This document shows positions 1 through 9,370 of a DNA stretch of 64,000 nt, piece by piece. The notes beneath the pieces were generated by a model. The model saw only the letters and a program-made list of their open reading frames with translations, ran no database searches and had not been told where the DNA came from. The position numbers and the translations under genes were made by a program. Numbering within the stretch: position 1 is the stretch's first letter; the number at the start of each line of letters is the position of its first letter. The stretch comes from Clostridia bacterium (lineage in GTDB: Bacteria; Bacillota; Clostridia; RGIG6154): assembly GCA_045589295.1 (NCBI GenBank), contig JAZNOU010000002.1:64001-128000 (forward strand). The letters are read 5' to 3'.

Positions 1-267
1 TGCCTTGATTTAAGAAGAACTGCATTTTTATTAAAAGAAGGAAAAAGCGAACTTTTGCTTGTTGTAGGAATAGCTGTGTTGGTTGTGGCTTTCACAACTT
101 GTGTAATTTGTATCCCTGCATTTAAAAACCTTTTTGGATTTGCAAATAGCAGTGTTTTAAGTGCAGTATTGTTTGGCGCAATTTATGTTGTTTTTAAAAT
201 AGTACAAGAAGTTTTCATAACTTTTAAAAAGAGAAAAACGGAGGCTTTAGATGGAGCAGACATTTAA
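1..267 (+). CDS. 3' end of a membrane protein, probably a cation-transporting P-type ATPase C-terminus (partial, runs off window start)
   Basis: Frame is open from base 1 (CLDLRRTAFLLKEGKSELLLVVGIAV...CIPAFKNLFGF). Two hydrophobic helices and the 'IP.F..LFGF' pattern resemble Cation_ATPase_C. Confidence 0.5.
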   Translation, partial: CLDLRRTAFLLKEGKSELLLVVGIAVLVVAFTTCVICIPAFKNLFGFANSSVLSAVLFGAIYVVFKIVQEVFITFKKRKTEALDGADI

Positions 268-988
268 AATCGAGGGTAGAAATCCTGTTTTAGAGGCAAT
301 AAAATCAGGCAGAAGCATTGATAAGATTTATGTCTTAAAGGGTGAACTTAACGGCTCGGTTATAAAAATAAAAGCAATGGCAAGGGATAATAAAATTCCT
401 GTTGTTGAAGTTGACAGAAAGAAATTTTCACAGATGTCAGACATTTCTTCAAGTCAGGGTGTTATAGCAAATGTTTCTCCTGTTGACTACGTAGATGTTG
501 ATGATATTATAAAAAGGGCAGAAAGCAAAAACGAACCGCTATTTGTGGTTTTGCTTGACGAAATAGAAGATCCGCACAATTTGGGAGCTATAATCAGAAC
601 GGCAAATGCGGCAGGTGCCCATGGGGTTATTATTCCTAAGCATAGAAGTGCATATATTACTGCAACCGTTGCAAAAACAGCGGCGGGTGCGTGCTTTTAT
701 ACCCCTGTAGCAAAAGTAACAAACCTTGTTAATACTATGAAAAAGCTTAAAGAGTACGGGGTTTGGTTTTATGGTGCTGATATGAATGGCGAAAAAGATA
801 TTTATGAAACATCTTTTTCAGGGAAAATAGGAATTGTAATTGGAAACGAAGGCAAGGGCATAAGCCCCAGCGTGAAAAAAGAGTGTGACTTTATGGTAAA
901 CATCCCTATGATGGGAGAGGTTGAGTCGCTCAATGCGTCGGTAAGCGCAGGAATATTTATGTACAGCGCATTAAAAGACAGAAAATAA
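251..988 (+). CDS. rlmB: 23S rRNA (G2251-2'-O)-methyltransferase, SpoU/TrmH family
   Basis: EGRNPVLEA, DPHNLGAIIRTA, GNEGKG, IPM.G.VESLNASVS SPOUT motifs. Confidence 0.93.
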   Translation: MEQTFKIEGRNPVLEAIKSGRSIDKIYVLKGELNGSVIKIKAMARDNKIPVVEVDRKKFSQMSDISSSQGVIANVSPVDYVDVDDIIKRAESKNEPLFVVLLDEIEDPHNLGAIIRTANAAGAHGVIIPKHRSAYITATVAKTAAGACFYTPVAKVTNLVNTMKKLKEYGVWFYGADMNGEKDIYETSFSGKIGIVIGNEGKGISPSVKKECDFMVNIPMMGEVESLNASVSAGIFMYSALKDRK

Positions 989-1000
989 GGAGAAATAAAA

Positions 1001-1270
1001 ATGAAAGCAGTAGTTACAGTAATCGGTGTTGACAAAGAGGGCATTATAGCTAAAATAAGCACAAAGCTTTATGAAAAAAATGTGAATATTTTAGATATTA
1101 CTCAGACAATTATGGGCGATATTTTCACTATGATTATGCTTGTTGATGTCAAATCACAAAGTACAGATTTTGCTCAGCTTGTTACAGAAATGAAAGCGCT
1201 TGGAGAGGAAATCGGCGTGGAAGTTACTGTGACTCGCGAAGAAATTTACAAATCAATGCACAGAATTTAA
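1001..1270 (+). CDS. ACT domain protein (UPF0237)
   Basis: [14 protein letters not shown]...[10 protein letters not shown]...[10 protein letters not shown]; adjacent to UPF0210 gene as usual. Confidence 0.9.
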   Translation: MKAVVTVIGVDKEGIIAKISTKLYEKNVNILDITQTIMGDIFTMIMLVDVKSQSTDFAQLVTEMKALGEEIGVEVTVTREEIYKSMHRI

Positions 1271-1281
1271 GGGGTGAGGAT

Positions 1282-2640
1282 ATGCTTGACACATACGAAA
1301 TACTTGAAACCATCAAGATGATAAAAAAAGAAAATCTTGATATAAGAACCATTACAATGGGCATATCACTTATAGATTGCAGCAGCGAAAGTGTTGAAAA
1401 AACCTGTGAAAATATTTATAACAAAATAACAAAGTATGCAAAAAATCTTGTAAAAACAGGCGAGGATATTGAAAAAGAATACGGAATACCGATTATTAAC
1501 AAAAGAATTTCGGTAACACCTATATCCCTTCTTACTCCTGCATATAAAAAAGAGGATTATGTAAAGTATGCACTTACCTTAGACAAAGCAGCAAATGAGC
1601 TGGGAGTTAACTTTATCGGGGGATATTCAGCTTTGGTGCAAAAGGGTTACACTGATAAAGAAAAAATGTTTATAGATTCAATCCCTGAGGCACTTTCAAA
1701 AACTACACGTCTTTGTTCGTCTGTTAATATAGGAAGCACAAAGGCGGGCATCAATATGGATGCTGTTTACCATGTGGGCAAGGTGATAAAAGAATGTGCT
1801 GATGTTACAAAAGACAACAATGCAATGGCTTGTGCAAAGTTTGTTGTATTTTGCAATGCAGTTGAAGACAATCCGTTTATGGCGGGCGCTTTTCATGGAG
1901 TATCTGAGGGCGAATGTGTAATAAATGTCGGTGTTAGCGGCCCGGGAGTTGTTAAATGCGAAATTGAAAAATATCCCGATGCAGACTTTTTGATGCTTGC
2001 TGAAATAATTAAAAAGACAGCATTTAAAATTACAAGGGTAGGACAAATGGTTGCTATGGAAGCGGCAAAAAGATTAAACGTTCCGTTTGGAATTGTTGAT
2101 TTGTCACTTGCTCCAACTCCTGCAATTGGTGACAGTGTTGCTCATATTTTAGAAGAAATGGGATTACAAAAGTGTGGCACTCACGGAACAACTGCGGCTT
2201 TGGCTCTTTTAAATGACGCAGTGAAAAAAGGCGGAGTTATGGCATCAAGTTCTGTAGGCGGACTTTCAGGAGCATTTATTCCTGTTAGTGAAGATGCAGG
2301 AATGATTGATGCGGCAAAATGCGGAGCACTTTCTCTTTCAAAGCTTGAAGCTATGACATGTGTATGCTCTGTTGGGCTTGATATGATTGCAGTTCCCGGA
2401 GATACTTCTGCCGAAACAATTTCTGCAATTATTGCAGACGAAGCGGCAATCGGTATGATAAATCAGAAAACTACTGCGGTAAGAATTATTCCCGCACCTG
2501 GAAGCAAAAAAGGTGATATGGTAGAGTTTGGTGGCCTGTTGGGAGAGGCTCCTGTTATGGAGGTTTCTTCATGGGGGGCAGAAAAATTTATTAAGCGCGG
2601 CGGAAGAATTCCTGCGCCTATTCACAGTCTTAAAAATTAA
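1282..2640 (+). CDS. UPF0210/DUF711 family protein
   Basis: [54 protein letters not shown]. Confidence 0.92.
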   Translation: MLDTYEILETIKMIKKENLDIRTITMGISLIDCSSESVEKTCENIYNKITKYAKNLVKTGEDIEKEYGIPIINKRISVTPISLLTPAYKKEDYVKYALTLDKAANELGVNFIGGYSALVQKGYTDKEKMFIDSIPEALSKTTRLCSSVNIGSTKAGINMDAVYHVGKVIKECADVTKDNNAMACAKFVVFCNAVEDNPFMAGAFHGVSEGECVINVGVSGPGVVKCEIEKYPDADFLMLAEIIKKTAFKITRVGQMVAMEAAKRLNVPFGIVDLSLAPTPAIGDSVAHILEEMGLQKCGTHGTTAALALLNDAVKKGGVMASSSVGGLSGAFIPVSEDAGMIDAAKCGALSLSKLEAMTCVCSVGLDMIAVPGDTSAETISAIIADEAAIGMINQKTTAVRIIPAPGSKKGDMVEFGGLLGEAPVMEVSSWGAEKFIKRGGRIPAPIHSLKN

Positions 2641-2654
2641 CGGAGGGACTAAAT

Positions 2655-3068
2655 ATGAAGAAAATATTAGCATTGCTTATGTGCTTTTGCCTTTTAATTT
2701 GTGCATCTTGTGGCAAAAAAGGAGAAGAGAAACAAATAGAAACTGACGTTAACAAAGTAGAGCAGACAGTTGAAAATATTGACAAAAAAATCGCTCAGGA
2801 CCCTATGAGTATTGATGAAGAAGATATTTCTGCAGCAAAAGAAACTGCTCTTGAAATGGAAAAAGAATTAAAAGATAAGATTGGAAAAGTAAAAGAAGAA
2901 GATGTTGAACAGTTTCAGAACAGACAGGTTTCTGTTGAGCTATTGAAACAAGGCTTGGATGCTTTGGAACAAGCTAAAAAATCAGGTGACGAGCAGGCGG
3001 TTATAGCAGCCCAGCAACAAATTGAAATGGCAAAATCTTTATGGGATTTTGTACAGGAACAAGAGTAA
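2655..3068 (+). CDS. hypothetical lipoprotein, helical/coiled-coil
   Basis: MKK + hydrophobic core + lipobox-like CASC; SD GGAGGG upstream. Confidence 0.7.
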   Translation: MKKILALLMCFCLLICASCGKKGEEKQIETDVNKVEQTVENIDKKIAQDPMSIDEEDISAAKETALEMEKELKDKIGKVKEEDVEQFQNRQVSVELLKQGLDALEQAKKSGDEQAVIAAQQQIEMAKSLWDFVQEQE

Positions 3069-3087
3069 TTTCAGAAGGTGTTTTTAG

Positions 3088-3948
3088 TTGAATATTAAAA
3101 AATTTTTCAAAACTTTTATAACATTTACACTTGCTTTGAGTGCTATTTTAGCGTTGATTTTGTTTGGTAAGTTTTTTTATCAGGACATTGGCTCAGGCGA
3201 AAAAATAGATTCTCTTGATGAATATGAACGTGGAGCAAGAAGAAATATTTTAGTTATGGGAACCGACAAAAGCGGCTTAAGGTCAGATGTTATAATGATT
3301 TTTTCTTTTTCGGAAAAAGAAAAAGATATCAATTCTGTTTCAGTACCCAGAGACACAAGAATGAACTACGGGAACGGCTATCAGAAAATAAATGTGGCAC
3401 TTGCTTTAGGTGGTGATGAACTTGCTGTCGAAAAGATTAAGGAAGTTACAAAAATTCCTATACACGAATATGTAAAGGTTAATTTTCAGGCAGTAAGTGA
3501 TCTTGTGGATGCAGTTGGTGGAGTTGAGTATGAAGTTCCGCAGAACATGAGATATAATGACCCCTATCAGGACCTTGTAATCAATCTTGACAAGGGAATG
3601 CAGACGTTAGATGGTGATAAGGCACTTCAGCTCTTAAGATTCAGAAAGTATCCTATGGGTGACCTTCAAAGGATTGAAGTACAGCAAGATTTCATAAAAG
3701 AGGCGTTCAAACAGAAAATGAAGGTTAAATATATTACAAAGATTGGAAAAATTTATTCTGCAGTTGAAGATAATATTTCAACAAGCTTGTCACTTTCTGA
3801 TGTTACAAAGCTTGCAAAAACTGTAAAGGCAAAGGGAGTAGATGCAATTAATTCGCACGAGCTTCCAACATATTTGTCACCAAGCGGAACTTATGTAAGA
3901 ATAGATGAAAGTAAAATTGATAATTTTGTAGAAGAATATTTTAAATAA
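3088..3948 (+). CDS. LytR-CpsA-Psr (LCP) family glycopolymer transferase
   Basis: N-terminal TM helix; NILVMGTD, RSDVIM, SVPRDT, KIN, LRFR, GDLQRIEVQQ. Confidence 0.9.
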   Translation: MNIKKFFKTFITFTLALSAILALILFGKFFYQDIGSGEKIDSLDEYERGARRNILVMGTDKSGLRSDVIMIFSFSEKEKDINSVSVPRDTRMNYGNGYQKINVALALGGDELAVEKIKEVTKIPIHEYVKVNFQAVSDLVDAVGGVEYEVPQNMRYNDPYQDLVINLDKGMQTLDGDKALQLLRFRKYPMGDLQRIEVQQDFIKEAFKQKMKVKYITKIGKIYSAVEDNISTSLSLSDVTKLAKTVKAKGVDAINSHELPTYLSPSGTYVRIDESKIDNFVEEYFK

Positions 3949-3974
3949 AAAAGAGGCTTTTTAAGCCTCTTTTT
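3948..3974. terminator. bidirectional intrinsic terminator
   Basis: AAAAAGAGGCTT-TTT-AAGCCTCTTTTT between convergent LCP and spoVT genes. Confidence 0.85.
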
Positions 3975-3998
3975 ACGTTTTAAATTTGTTTTTGGACG

Positions 3999-4544
3999 TT
4001 ATTCTTCCATTTGCTTGCCCAAGAACGATGCCGCAGACTGAGAAAGCTTAAGCTCAATATCGCTCATAACCTGTGCTTGCTCGGGTGAGAAAAATATGAC
4101 ACTTCCAATAACATCGCCATCTGAAATTATAGGAGTTAAAATACTGATGGCATATTTATCGCTATTTTCTGCAAAAGGATATTTTCTGTCTTCGGGATGC
4201 TTTAATTCGTAAGATGTTCTGTCTCTCAAAAAGTTTTCAACTTCTGAAGATACCTTTCTTTCCAAAAGTTCTTTTTTAGGTGCACCTGATACTGCAATCA
4301 CAACATCCCTGTCTGTAATACAAACACCATAACCGCTTATTTTTGCTAAAATTTCGGCATATTGAACGGCGAAGTTCCCAAGCTCGCCGATAGGTGAGTA
4401 TTTTTTAAATATAACTTCGCCGTCTTTATCTGTAAATATTTCTAAGGGGTCGCCCTCTCTTATCCTCATAGTTCTTCTTATTTCTTTGGGTATAACCACC
4501 CTTCCCAAATCGTCAATTCTTCTAACTATTCCTGTTGCTTTCAT
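3999..4544 (-). CDS. spoVT: stage V sporulation protein T (AbrB-type DNA-binding domain + GAF)
   Basis: MKATGIVRRIDDLGRVVIPKEIRRT...KKYSPIGEL...FLGKQME. Confidence 0.96.
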   Translation of the reverse strand: MKATGIVRRIDDLGRVVIPKEIRRTMRIREGDPLEIFTDKDGEVIFKKYSPIGELGNFAVQYAEILAKISGYGVCITDRDVVIAVSGAPKKELLERKVSSEVENFLRDRTSYELKHPEDRKYPFAENSDKYAISILTPIISDGDVIGSVIFFSPEQAQVMSDIELKLSQSAASFLGKQMEE

Positions 4545-4580
4545 ATAATAAATGCTCCTTTTGGGTTTGATTTACAATTA

Positions 4581-4609
4581 TATTGTGTGCAACCAAGGAA
4601 TTTTTATGT
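4581..4609 (-). promoter_or_regulatory. putative sigmaG-type promoter of spoVT
   Basis: minus strand ACATA-17 nt-CACAATA upstream of SD AAGGAG. Confidence 0.5.
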
Positions 4610-4740
4610 AAGGAAAATGGTGGGAAAAGAACAAGCGATGTTGGTGTATCAACTATTGACTTTTTAATGCTTTGTGATAAAATATATCTGTCGAATTATT
4701 GATGGTTCGACACAAAATTTTTTCTTGCGAGGTGAAAAAT

Positions 4741-5778
4741 ATGCATTTGAAAAGTGATAAGCTTTTTTGGAAAAAAAAGGAGTTTATTTCTTTTTTGCTG
4801 AGCATTCTTGTTTTTTTTATTCATTCGTATTTTGCTCAGGAGATTGTCAGCAACAGTTTTATTTCTGTTGTTAATCACAAAGCGTCTTACTTTTTCTCCC
4901 GTTCTATCACACAGTTTGCTGTCCCAATGTTTTTTATGTTGTCGGGGGCATCTTTTTTCAAGGATTATGACAACAAAAAATATTTAACAAAAATAAAGGC
5001 ACGCATATTCACACTTATTATACCATATTTGCTTTGGAATACGATTTGGATGGTCTGGAAACTTTTCACAGACAGTGCGGCAAATTCTTTAAGTTTAATA
5101 AGCATACTAAAAGGCATTTTTTTCTACGGATGCAACAGCCCGTTTTGGTTTGTATTTGATTTGATTATATTTTCATTTGCGGCACCGATTGTGTTTTTAA
5201 TTATTAAGAACAAATACTTCGGCATAATTTCCGTAATGTTTTTATCTATAGCATCGTTGTTTGGAATATACTTGCCAATGGATGTGTTCTATTACCCTAT
5301 GGCAATTGTTTTCTATTTGATGGGTGCTATTATAGGCTATCATTTTTTCGATTTTGCTTCCGGAAAATCATCAAAAACGACACAAGTTGCTTCTGTTATT
5401 TTCCTTGCGGCATATATTCTTTCTAAAAATATTGTCCCACAGGAAATGCATGTTAACAACTATTTAACACAAGTTATCGTATATACCCTTGCAGCATTTT
5501 CTTTGTGGAATGTCGTGGATATTTTTATTGAACGAATTAAGCCCAGAGCAATCTATCGTCGTTCCTTTGCCGTTTATGCAATGCATCTCAATGTTGCAAT
5601 CATTATACTTAAAATACTTTCTTTTTGTACTCCGCAAAATGAATGGTTTGAAATTCCAAAATTCATTATTATGGTTGTTTTAACACTTGTAATAATTAAT
5701 TTTGTGTGTGCTTTTCTCGAAAAGTTTTTCCCGAAAATTTATGCAATACTTATGGGAAACCGAATGAATAAAAAATAA
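4741..5778 (+). CDS. acyltransferase-3 (OafA-like) membrane O-acyltransferase
   Basis: LVFFIH, AVPMFFMLSG, RIFTLIIPYLLWN, FWFVFDL, SFAVYAMH; about 10 TM helices; SD GAGGTG before ATG 4741; TTGACT-16-TAAAAT at 4656-4683. Confidence 0.85.
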   Translation: MHLKSDKLFWKKKEFISFLLSILVFFIHSYFAQEIVSNSFISVVNHKASYFFSRSITQFAVPMFFMLSGASFFKDYDNKKYLTKIKARIFTLIIPYLLWNTIWMVWKLFTDSAANSLSLISILKGIFFYGCNSPFWFVFDLIIFSFAAPIVFLIIKNKYFGIISVMFLSIASLFGIYLPMDVFYYPMAIVFYLMGAIIGYHFFDFASGKSSKTTQVASVIFLAAYILSKNIVPQEMHVNNYLTQVIVYTLAAFSLWNVVDIFIERIKPRAIYRRSFAVYAMHLNVAIIILKILSFCTPQNEWFEIPKFIIMVVLTLVIINFVCAFLEKFFPKIYAILMGNRMNKK

Positions 5779-5787
5779 TAAAACAAT

Positions 5788-5809
5788 AAGCGAGGCAGTT
5801 GCCTCGCTT
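5788..5809. terminator. hairpin terminator between convergent genes
   Basis: AAGCGAGGC-AGTT-GCCTCGCTT. Confidence 0.7.
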
Positions 5810-6585
5810 TAATCAAAACTTTTTTTAATTCTCTCTATTGCATTTTTTTCAAGGCGTGACACCTGTGCTTGTGAAATGCCGATTTCTGATGCAACTTCCA
5901 TTTGTGTTCTGCCTTGAAAAAATCTAAGATTAATTATATTTTTTTCGCGTCCTGAAAGCTTTGAAATCGCTTCTTTCAAAGAAATTTCTTCTATCCAGTT
6001 TTCGTCTAAATTTTTTTTATCACTTACCTGGTCCATTACAAAAAGTGTGTCCGTTCCGTCTGAAAAGACAGGTTCGTATAATGAAATAGGGTCTTGAATT
6101 GCCTCTAAAGCATTTGAAATTTGCTTTGGGTCAAGCTCCATTTTTTGAGCTATCTGCTCAATTGTAGGTTCTAATCCGTTTTCGCGGATAATTGTTTCTT
6201 TTGTCTGTAATGCTTTGTAAGCGATGTCTTTCAAAGAACGCGAAACCCTTATGGAATTGTAATCTCTTAAATATCTTCTTATTTCACCTATAATCATAGG
6301 AACTGCATAGGTTGAAAATTTAACGCCTACCGAAAGGTCAAAATTTTTGATTGCTTTTATAAGCCCCACACAGCCTACCTGAAATAAGTCGTCAGCATTT
6401 TCACCTCTTGAATTGAATTTTTGTATCACACTCAAAACAAGACGAAGATTGCCCACAATAAATTTGTTGCGGGCATCTTCATCGCCTTGTTTTATTTTAA
6501 TTAAAAGTTCTTCTTTTTCTTTTCCTGATAAAACGGGAAGCTTAGCGGTATTAACTCCGCATATCTCAACCTTGTTGGTAATCAT
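5809..6585 (-). CDS. sigG: RNA polymerase forespore sigma factor SigG
   Basis: MITNKVEICGVNTAKLPVL (SigG-specific N-terminus), GNLRLVLSVIQ, DDLFQVGCVGL, TQMEVA.EIGISQAQVSRLEK; start ATG 6585 with SD AAAGGAGG (ORF-track start 6684 is too long). Confidence 0.96.
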   Translation of the reverse strand: MITNKVEICGVNTAKLPVLSGKEKEELLIKIKQGDEDARNKFIVGNLRLVLSVIQKFNSRGENADDLFQVGCVGLIKAIKNFDLSVGVKFSTYAVPMIIGEIRRYLRDYNSIRVSRSLKDIAYKALQTKETIIRENGLEPTIEQIAQKMELDPKQISNALEAIQDPISLYEPVFSDGTDTLFVMDQVSDKKNLDENWIEEISLKEAISKLSGREKNIINLRFFQGRTQMEVASEIGISQAQVSRLEKNAIERIKKSFD

Positions 6586-6614
6586 AGTATGCCTCCTTTG
6601 GGTATTTACAAATA

Positions 6615-6644
6615 AATTGTTCCCAAAGTAAAGGCTTATTATAC
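6615..6644 (-). promoter_or_regulatory. putative sigmaF-type promoter of sigG
   Basis: minus strand GTATA-15 nt-GGGAACAATT, close to sigmaF consensus GYATA-N15-GGnnAnAnTR; -35 overlaps the spoVFB stop. Confidence 0.65.
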
Positions 6645-7217
6645 CAAAATTGGTTGCAGTTGTTTGCCTTCTGATGCAAGGCAAAGTGTGTCATAAATTA
6701 AACTCATATCAGAAACCAATGATGTTTCTTTTTTCAAAAAATCATCTTGACCGAACGGCACAAAGTATATCCCCTTTGTGTTTAAAAGTGCCGCAATGTT
6801 TTTTGCAGAGCCTGAAAGACCATCGTTGGTTGAAATTGCAAGGACAACAGGAGCCTTGTTACGAAGCGACGCCTTTGCAGCCATAGTAACCGATGTATCA
6901 GTAATTCCGTTTGCGATTTTTGAGGCAGTGTTGCCCGTGCATGGAGCGATAACCAAAGCGTCAATTATTTTTTTTGGACCAATTGGCTCAGCTGCTTCAA
7001 TTGTGTGTATTATATTATTCCCTGTAATTTCATAAACCTTATTTATAAGTTCATCTTTTTTTGTAAAACGAGTATCTGTGCCGTAAACAATTGGTGAAAA
7101 AATAGGGATAACGCTTTTGGCTTTTTTTGTTAAAAATTCAAGTTCGGGTAATACTTTTGCGATTGTGCAGAAAGAACCCGTTAGCGCAAAGCCTACATTT
7201 AAGTTTTTAAGTTCCAT
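6639..7217 (-). CDS. spoVFB: dipicolinate synthase subunit B
   Basis: GFALTGSFCT, AEPIGPK, APCTGNT, STNDGL, YFVPFGQDD, GKQLQPIL. Confidence 0.95.
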   Translation of the reverse strand: MELKNLNVGFALTGSFCTIAKVLPELEFLTKKAKSVIPIFSPIVYGTDTRFTKKDELINKVYEITGNNIIHTIEAAEPIGPKKIIDALVIAPCTGNTASKIANGITDTSVTMAAKASLRNKAPVVLAISTNDGLSGSAKNIAALLNTKGIYFVPFGQDDFLKKETSLVSDMSLIYDTLCLASEGKQLQPILV

Positions 7218-8055
7218 TTATCCTCCTTTCCTCAATAAGAGAACATATACAATTTGCCATTATGTCGGAGGAAGTTTTAGGGGCGATAATGCCGGGAAGT
7301 CCAAGCGCATGGACAAATTTCAGCCCAAGGTTGTTTGCAGACTCAAAATCACATCCGCCGGGGAGGGAGGCAAGATCTATAATAAAAGCGTCTTTTTTTA
7401 CATTCAAAAGATTTTTGGCATCTAAAATAAGCGATGGTACGGTATTAAAGATAATATCAGCATTGTTTAGGTTTTCTATATTATAAATGTTCTGAGTATT
7501 AAACCCAAGACAGGATGCCATTGCAAGCACTTCGGGTTTTCTTGCACACACTGTTATATTTGCTCCAAATCCGCTTAACATTTTTGCGAGAATTTTTCCA
7601 ATTCTGCCAAACCCTAAAATAAAGCACGAACTTCCAAAAAGAGTGAAATCCGTGTTTTCGAGTGCAATTTTGATTGCACCCTCTGCACTGGGGACTGCAT
7701 TTAACACTTCAAATTCTTCGGTGTAATAATCAATAAGGGTTATGTTGTTTTTACAACAAAATTCATAAAGTTCCTTGGTCGGTTTGCCCGCAAGAACAGT
7801 TATGTTTTTTCCCCCATTCAAAACATCTTTTAAATCAATGCTTTCACTGGAGTTTAACATTGTCGAAGATGGTTTGCAGCAAGGAAGAGGCAAAATTAAA
7901 AAATCGCAGTCTTTTACACATTCAAATGGTGTGGGCTTTGAGTTTTCTAAACCCGTGACCCCATAGTTGTCTACCTGAAAATTCGCCTGCAGTCTGTCTT
8001 TGAGGTGTTTTAATCTTGTATCACCGCAAAGTATTGCGATTTTTTGTTTGTTCAT
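7207..8055 (-). CDS. spoVFA: dipicolinate synthase subunit A
   Basis: GDTR, NAVPSAEGAI, GFGRIGK, FNTVP, IDLASLPGG, LPGIIAPKTS; overlaps spoVFB; CATATTAT -10-like element upstream. Confidence 0.92.
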   Translation of the reverse strand: MNKQKIAILCGDTRLKHLKDRLQANFQVDNYGVTGLENSKPTPFECVKDCDFLILPLPCCKPSSTMLNSSESIDLKDVLNGGKNITVLAGKPTKELYEFCCKNNITLIDYYTEEFEVLNAVPSAEGAIKIALENTDFTLFGSSCFILGFGRIGKILAKMLSGFGANITVCARKPEVLAMASCLGFNTQNIYNIENLNNADIIFNTVPSLILDAKNLLNVKKDAFIIDLASLPGGCDFESANNLGLKFVHALGLPGIIAPKTSSDIMANCICSLIEERRINGT

Positions 8056-8121
8056 TTAAAGCCCCCCTTATGCTACATAATATGTGAAAAAACTGATAGT
8101 GAAACTTGTACTTTTTCAAAT

Positions 8122-8151
8122 AAAAAAACAGCAGACAAAAGTCTGCTGTTT
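8122..8151 (-). terminator. intrinsic terminator of ychF
   Basis: AAACAGCAGAC-AAAA-GTCTGCTGTTT with an A-run that is the U-tract on the minus strand. Confidence 0.85.
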
Positions 8152-8161
8152 GAATTTTTGA

Positions 8162-9259
8162 CTATACATTAAATCTGAAAAGAATAATGTCGCCGTCTTT
8201 TACAACGTATTCTTTTCCTTCGGAACGGACAAGTCCTTTTTCTTTTGCGGCGGTCATTGAACCGTTTGCAATTAAGTCTTCGTATGCCACGACCTCGGCT
8301 CTAATAAATCCTCGTTCAAAGTCGGTGTGGATTTTTCCTGCCGCCTGGGGCGCTTTTGTGCCTTTTATGATTGTCCAGGCTCTTGTTTCATCTGAACCTG
8401 AGGTTAAGTAACTGATAAGTCCTAAAAGCTCATAGCTCTTTTTGATAAGTCTGTCAAGTCCTGATTCATTTAAATTCATTTCGGCAAGGAAAAGATCCTT
8501 TTCATCAGGTTCTAAAGTTGAAATTTCCTCTTCAATTCTTGCTGAAATAGGAAGTATTTGTGCATTTTCCTTGTTTGCAATTTCAGCAAGTGCTTTTACC
8601 ATTTGATTGTTTTCAATTCCGTTTACAAAATCATCTTCTGATACGTTTGCAGCATATATTACAGGTTTTCTTGTAAGAAGTGAAACTTCTTTCAAAATAT
8701 CTTTTTCTTCATCTGTAAATTCAAGTGTTCTTGCGGCATTTCCTGCCTCTAATGTTTCTTTAATTCTTTCCATCAAAGCAATTTCGCCAAGATATTTTTT
8801 CTCACCTGATTTTGACATTTTTTTTGCTTTTTCAAGTCTTTTTTCAACAATTTCAATATCTGCAAAGATAAGTTCGTAATTTATTGTTTCCACATCGCGA
8901 AGAGCATCAACGCTTCCTTCAACGTGAATTATGTTTGTGTCTTCAAAACAACGTACCACGTGGATTATTGCATCAACTTCTCTGATGTGTGATAAAAATT
9001 TATTTCCAAGGCCTTCGCCTCTTGAAGCACCTTTTACAAGTCCTGCAATATCAACAAATTCAATTGCCGCAGGTGTTACCTTTGCAGAATTATACATTTT
9101 AGCCAAAACATCAAGTCTTTCGTCAGGAACGTCAACGATGCCAACATTTGGCTCAATTGTGCAAAACGGATAGTTAGCAGACTGCGCGCCTGCTTTGGTT
9201 ATTGCGTTAAAAAGTGTGCTTTTGCCAACGTTCGGCAAACCCACTATACCTAGTTTCAT
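8162..9259 (-). CDS. ychF: redox-regulated ATPase YchF (Obg family)
   Basis: [58 protein letters not shown]-terminus FRFNV. Confidence 0.97.
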   Translation of the reverse strand: MKLGIVGLPNVGKSTLFNAITKAGAQSANYPFCTIEPNVGIVDVPDERLDVLAKMYNSAKVTPAAIEFVDIAGLVKGASRGEGLGNKFLSHIREVDAIIHVVRCFEDTNIIHVEGSVDALRDVETINYELIFADIEIVEKRLEKAKKMSKSGEKKYLGEIALMERIKETLEAGNAARTLEFTDEEKDILKEVSLLTRKPVIYAANVSEDDFVNGIENNQMVKALAEIANKENAQILPISARIEEEISTLEPDEKDLFLAEMNLNESGLDRLIKKSYELLGLISYLTSGSDETRAWTIIKGTKAPQAAGKIHTDFERGFIRAEVVAYEDLIANGSMTAAKEKGLVRSEGKEYVVKDGDIILFRFNV

Positions 9260-9370
9260 AAAATTAATTCCTTTCTTAAGTAAGGTGAAAATTCTTATAA
9301 CAGTATACTACAAAATTAAGTATTGTGCAATAGTAAAATTGGTGATATACTAAAAACAGGGGGGATTTTG

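Noticed and set aside
1282-2640. UPF0210 protein (often labelled 'PFL family') as a second glycyl radical enzyme linked to the BMC
   Set aside because: No RVxG glycyl loop, no activase nearby, and 23 kb from the BMC locus
6586-6684. 33-aa N-terminal extension of SigG from the ORF track
   Set aside because: It overlaps spoVFB; the SD and the SigG-typical N-terminus point to ATG 6585
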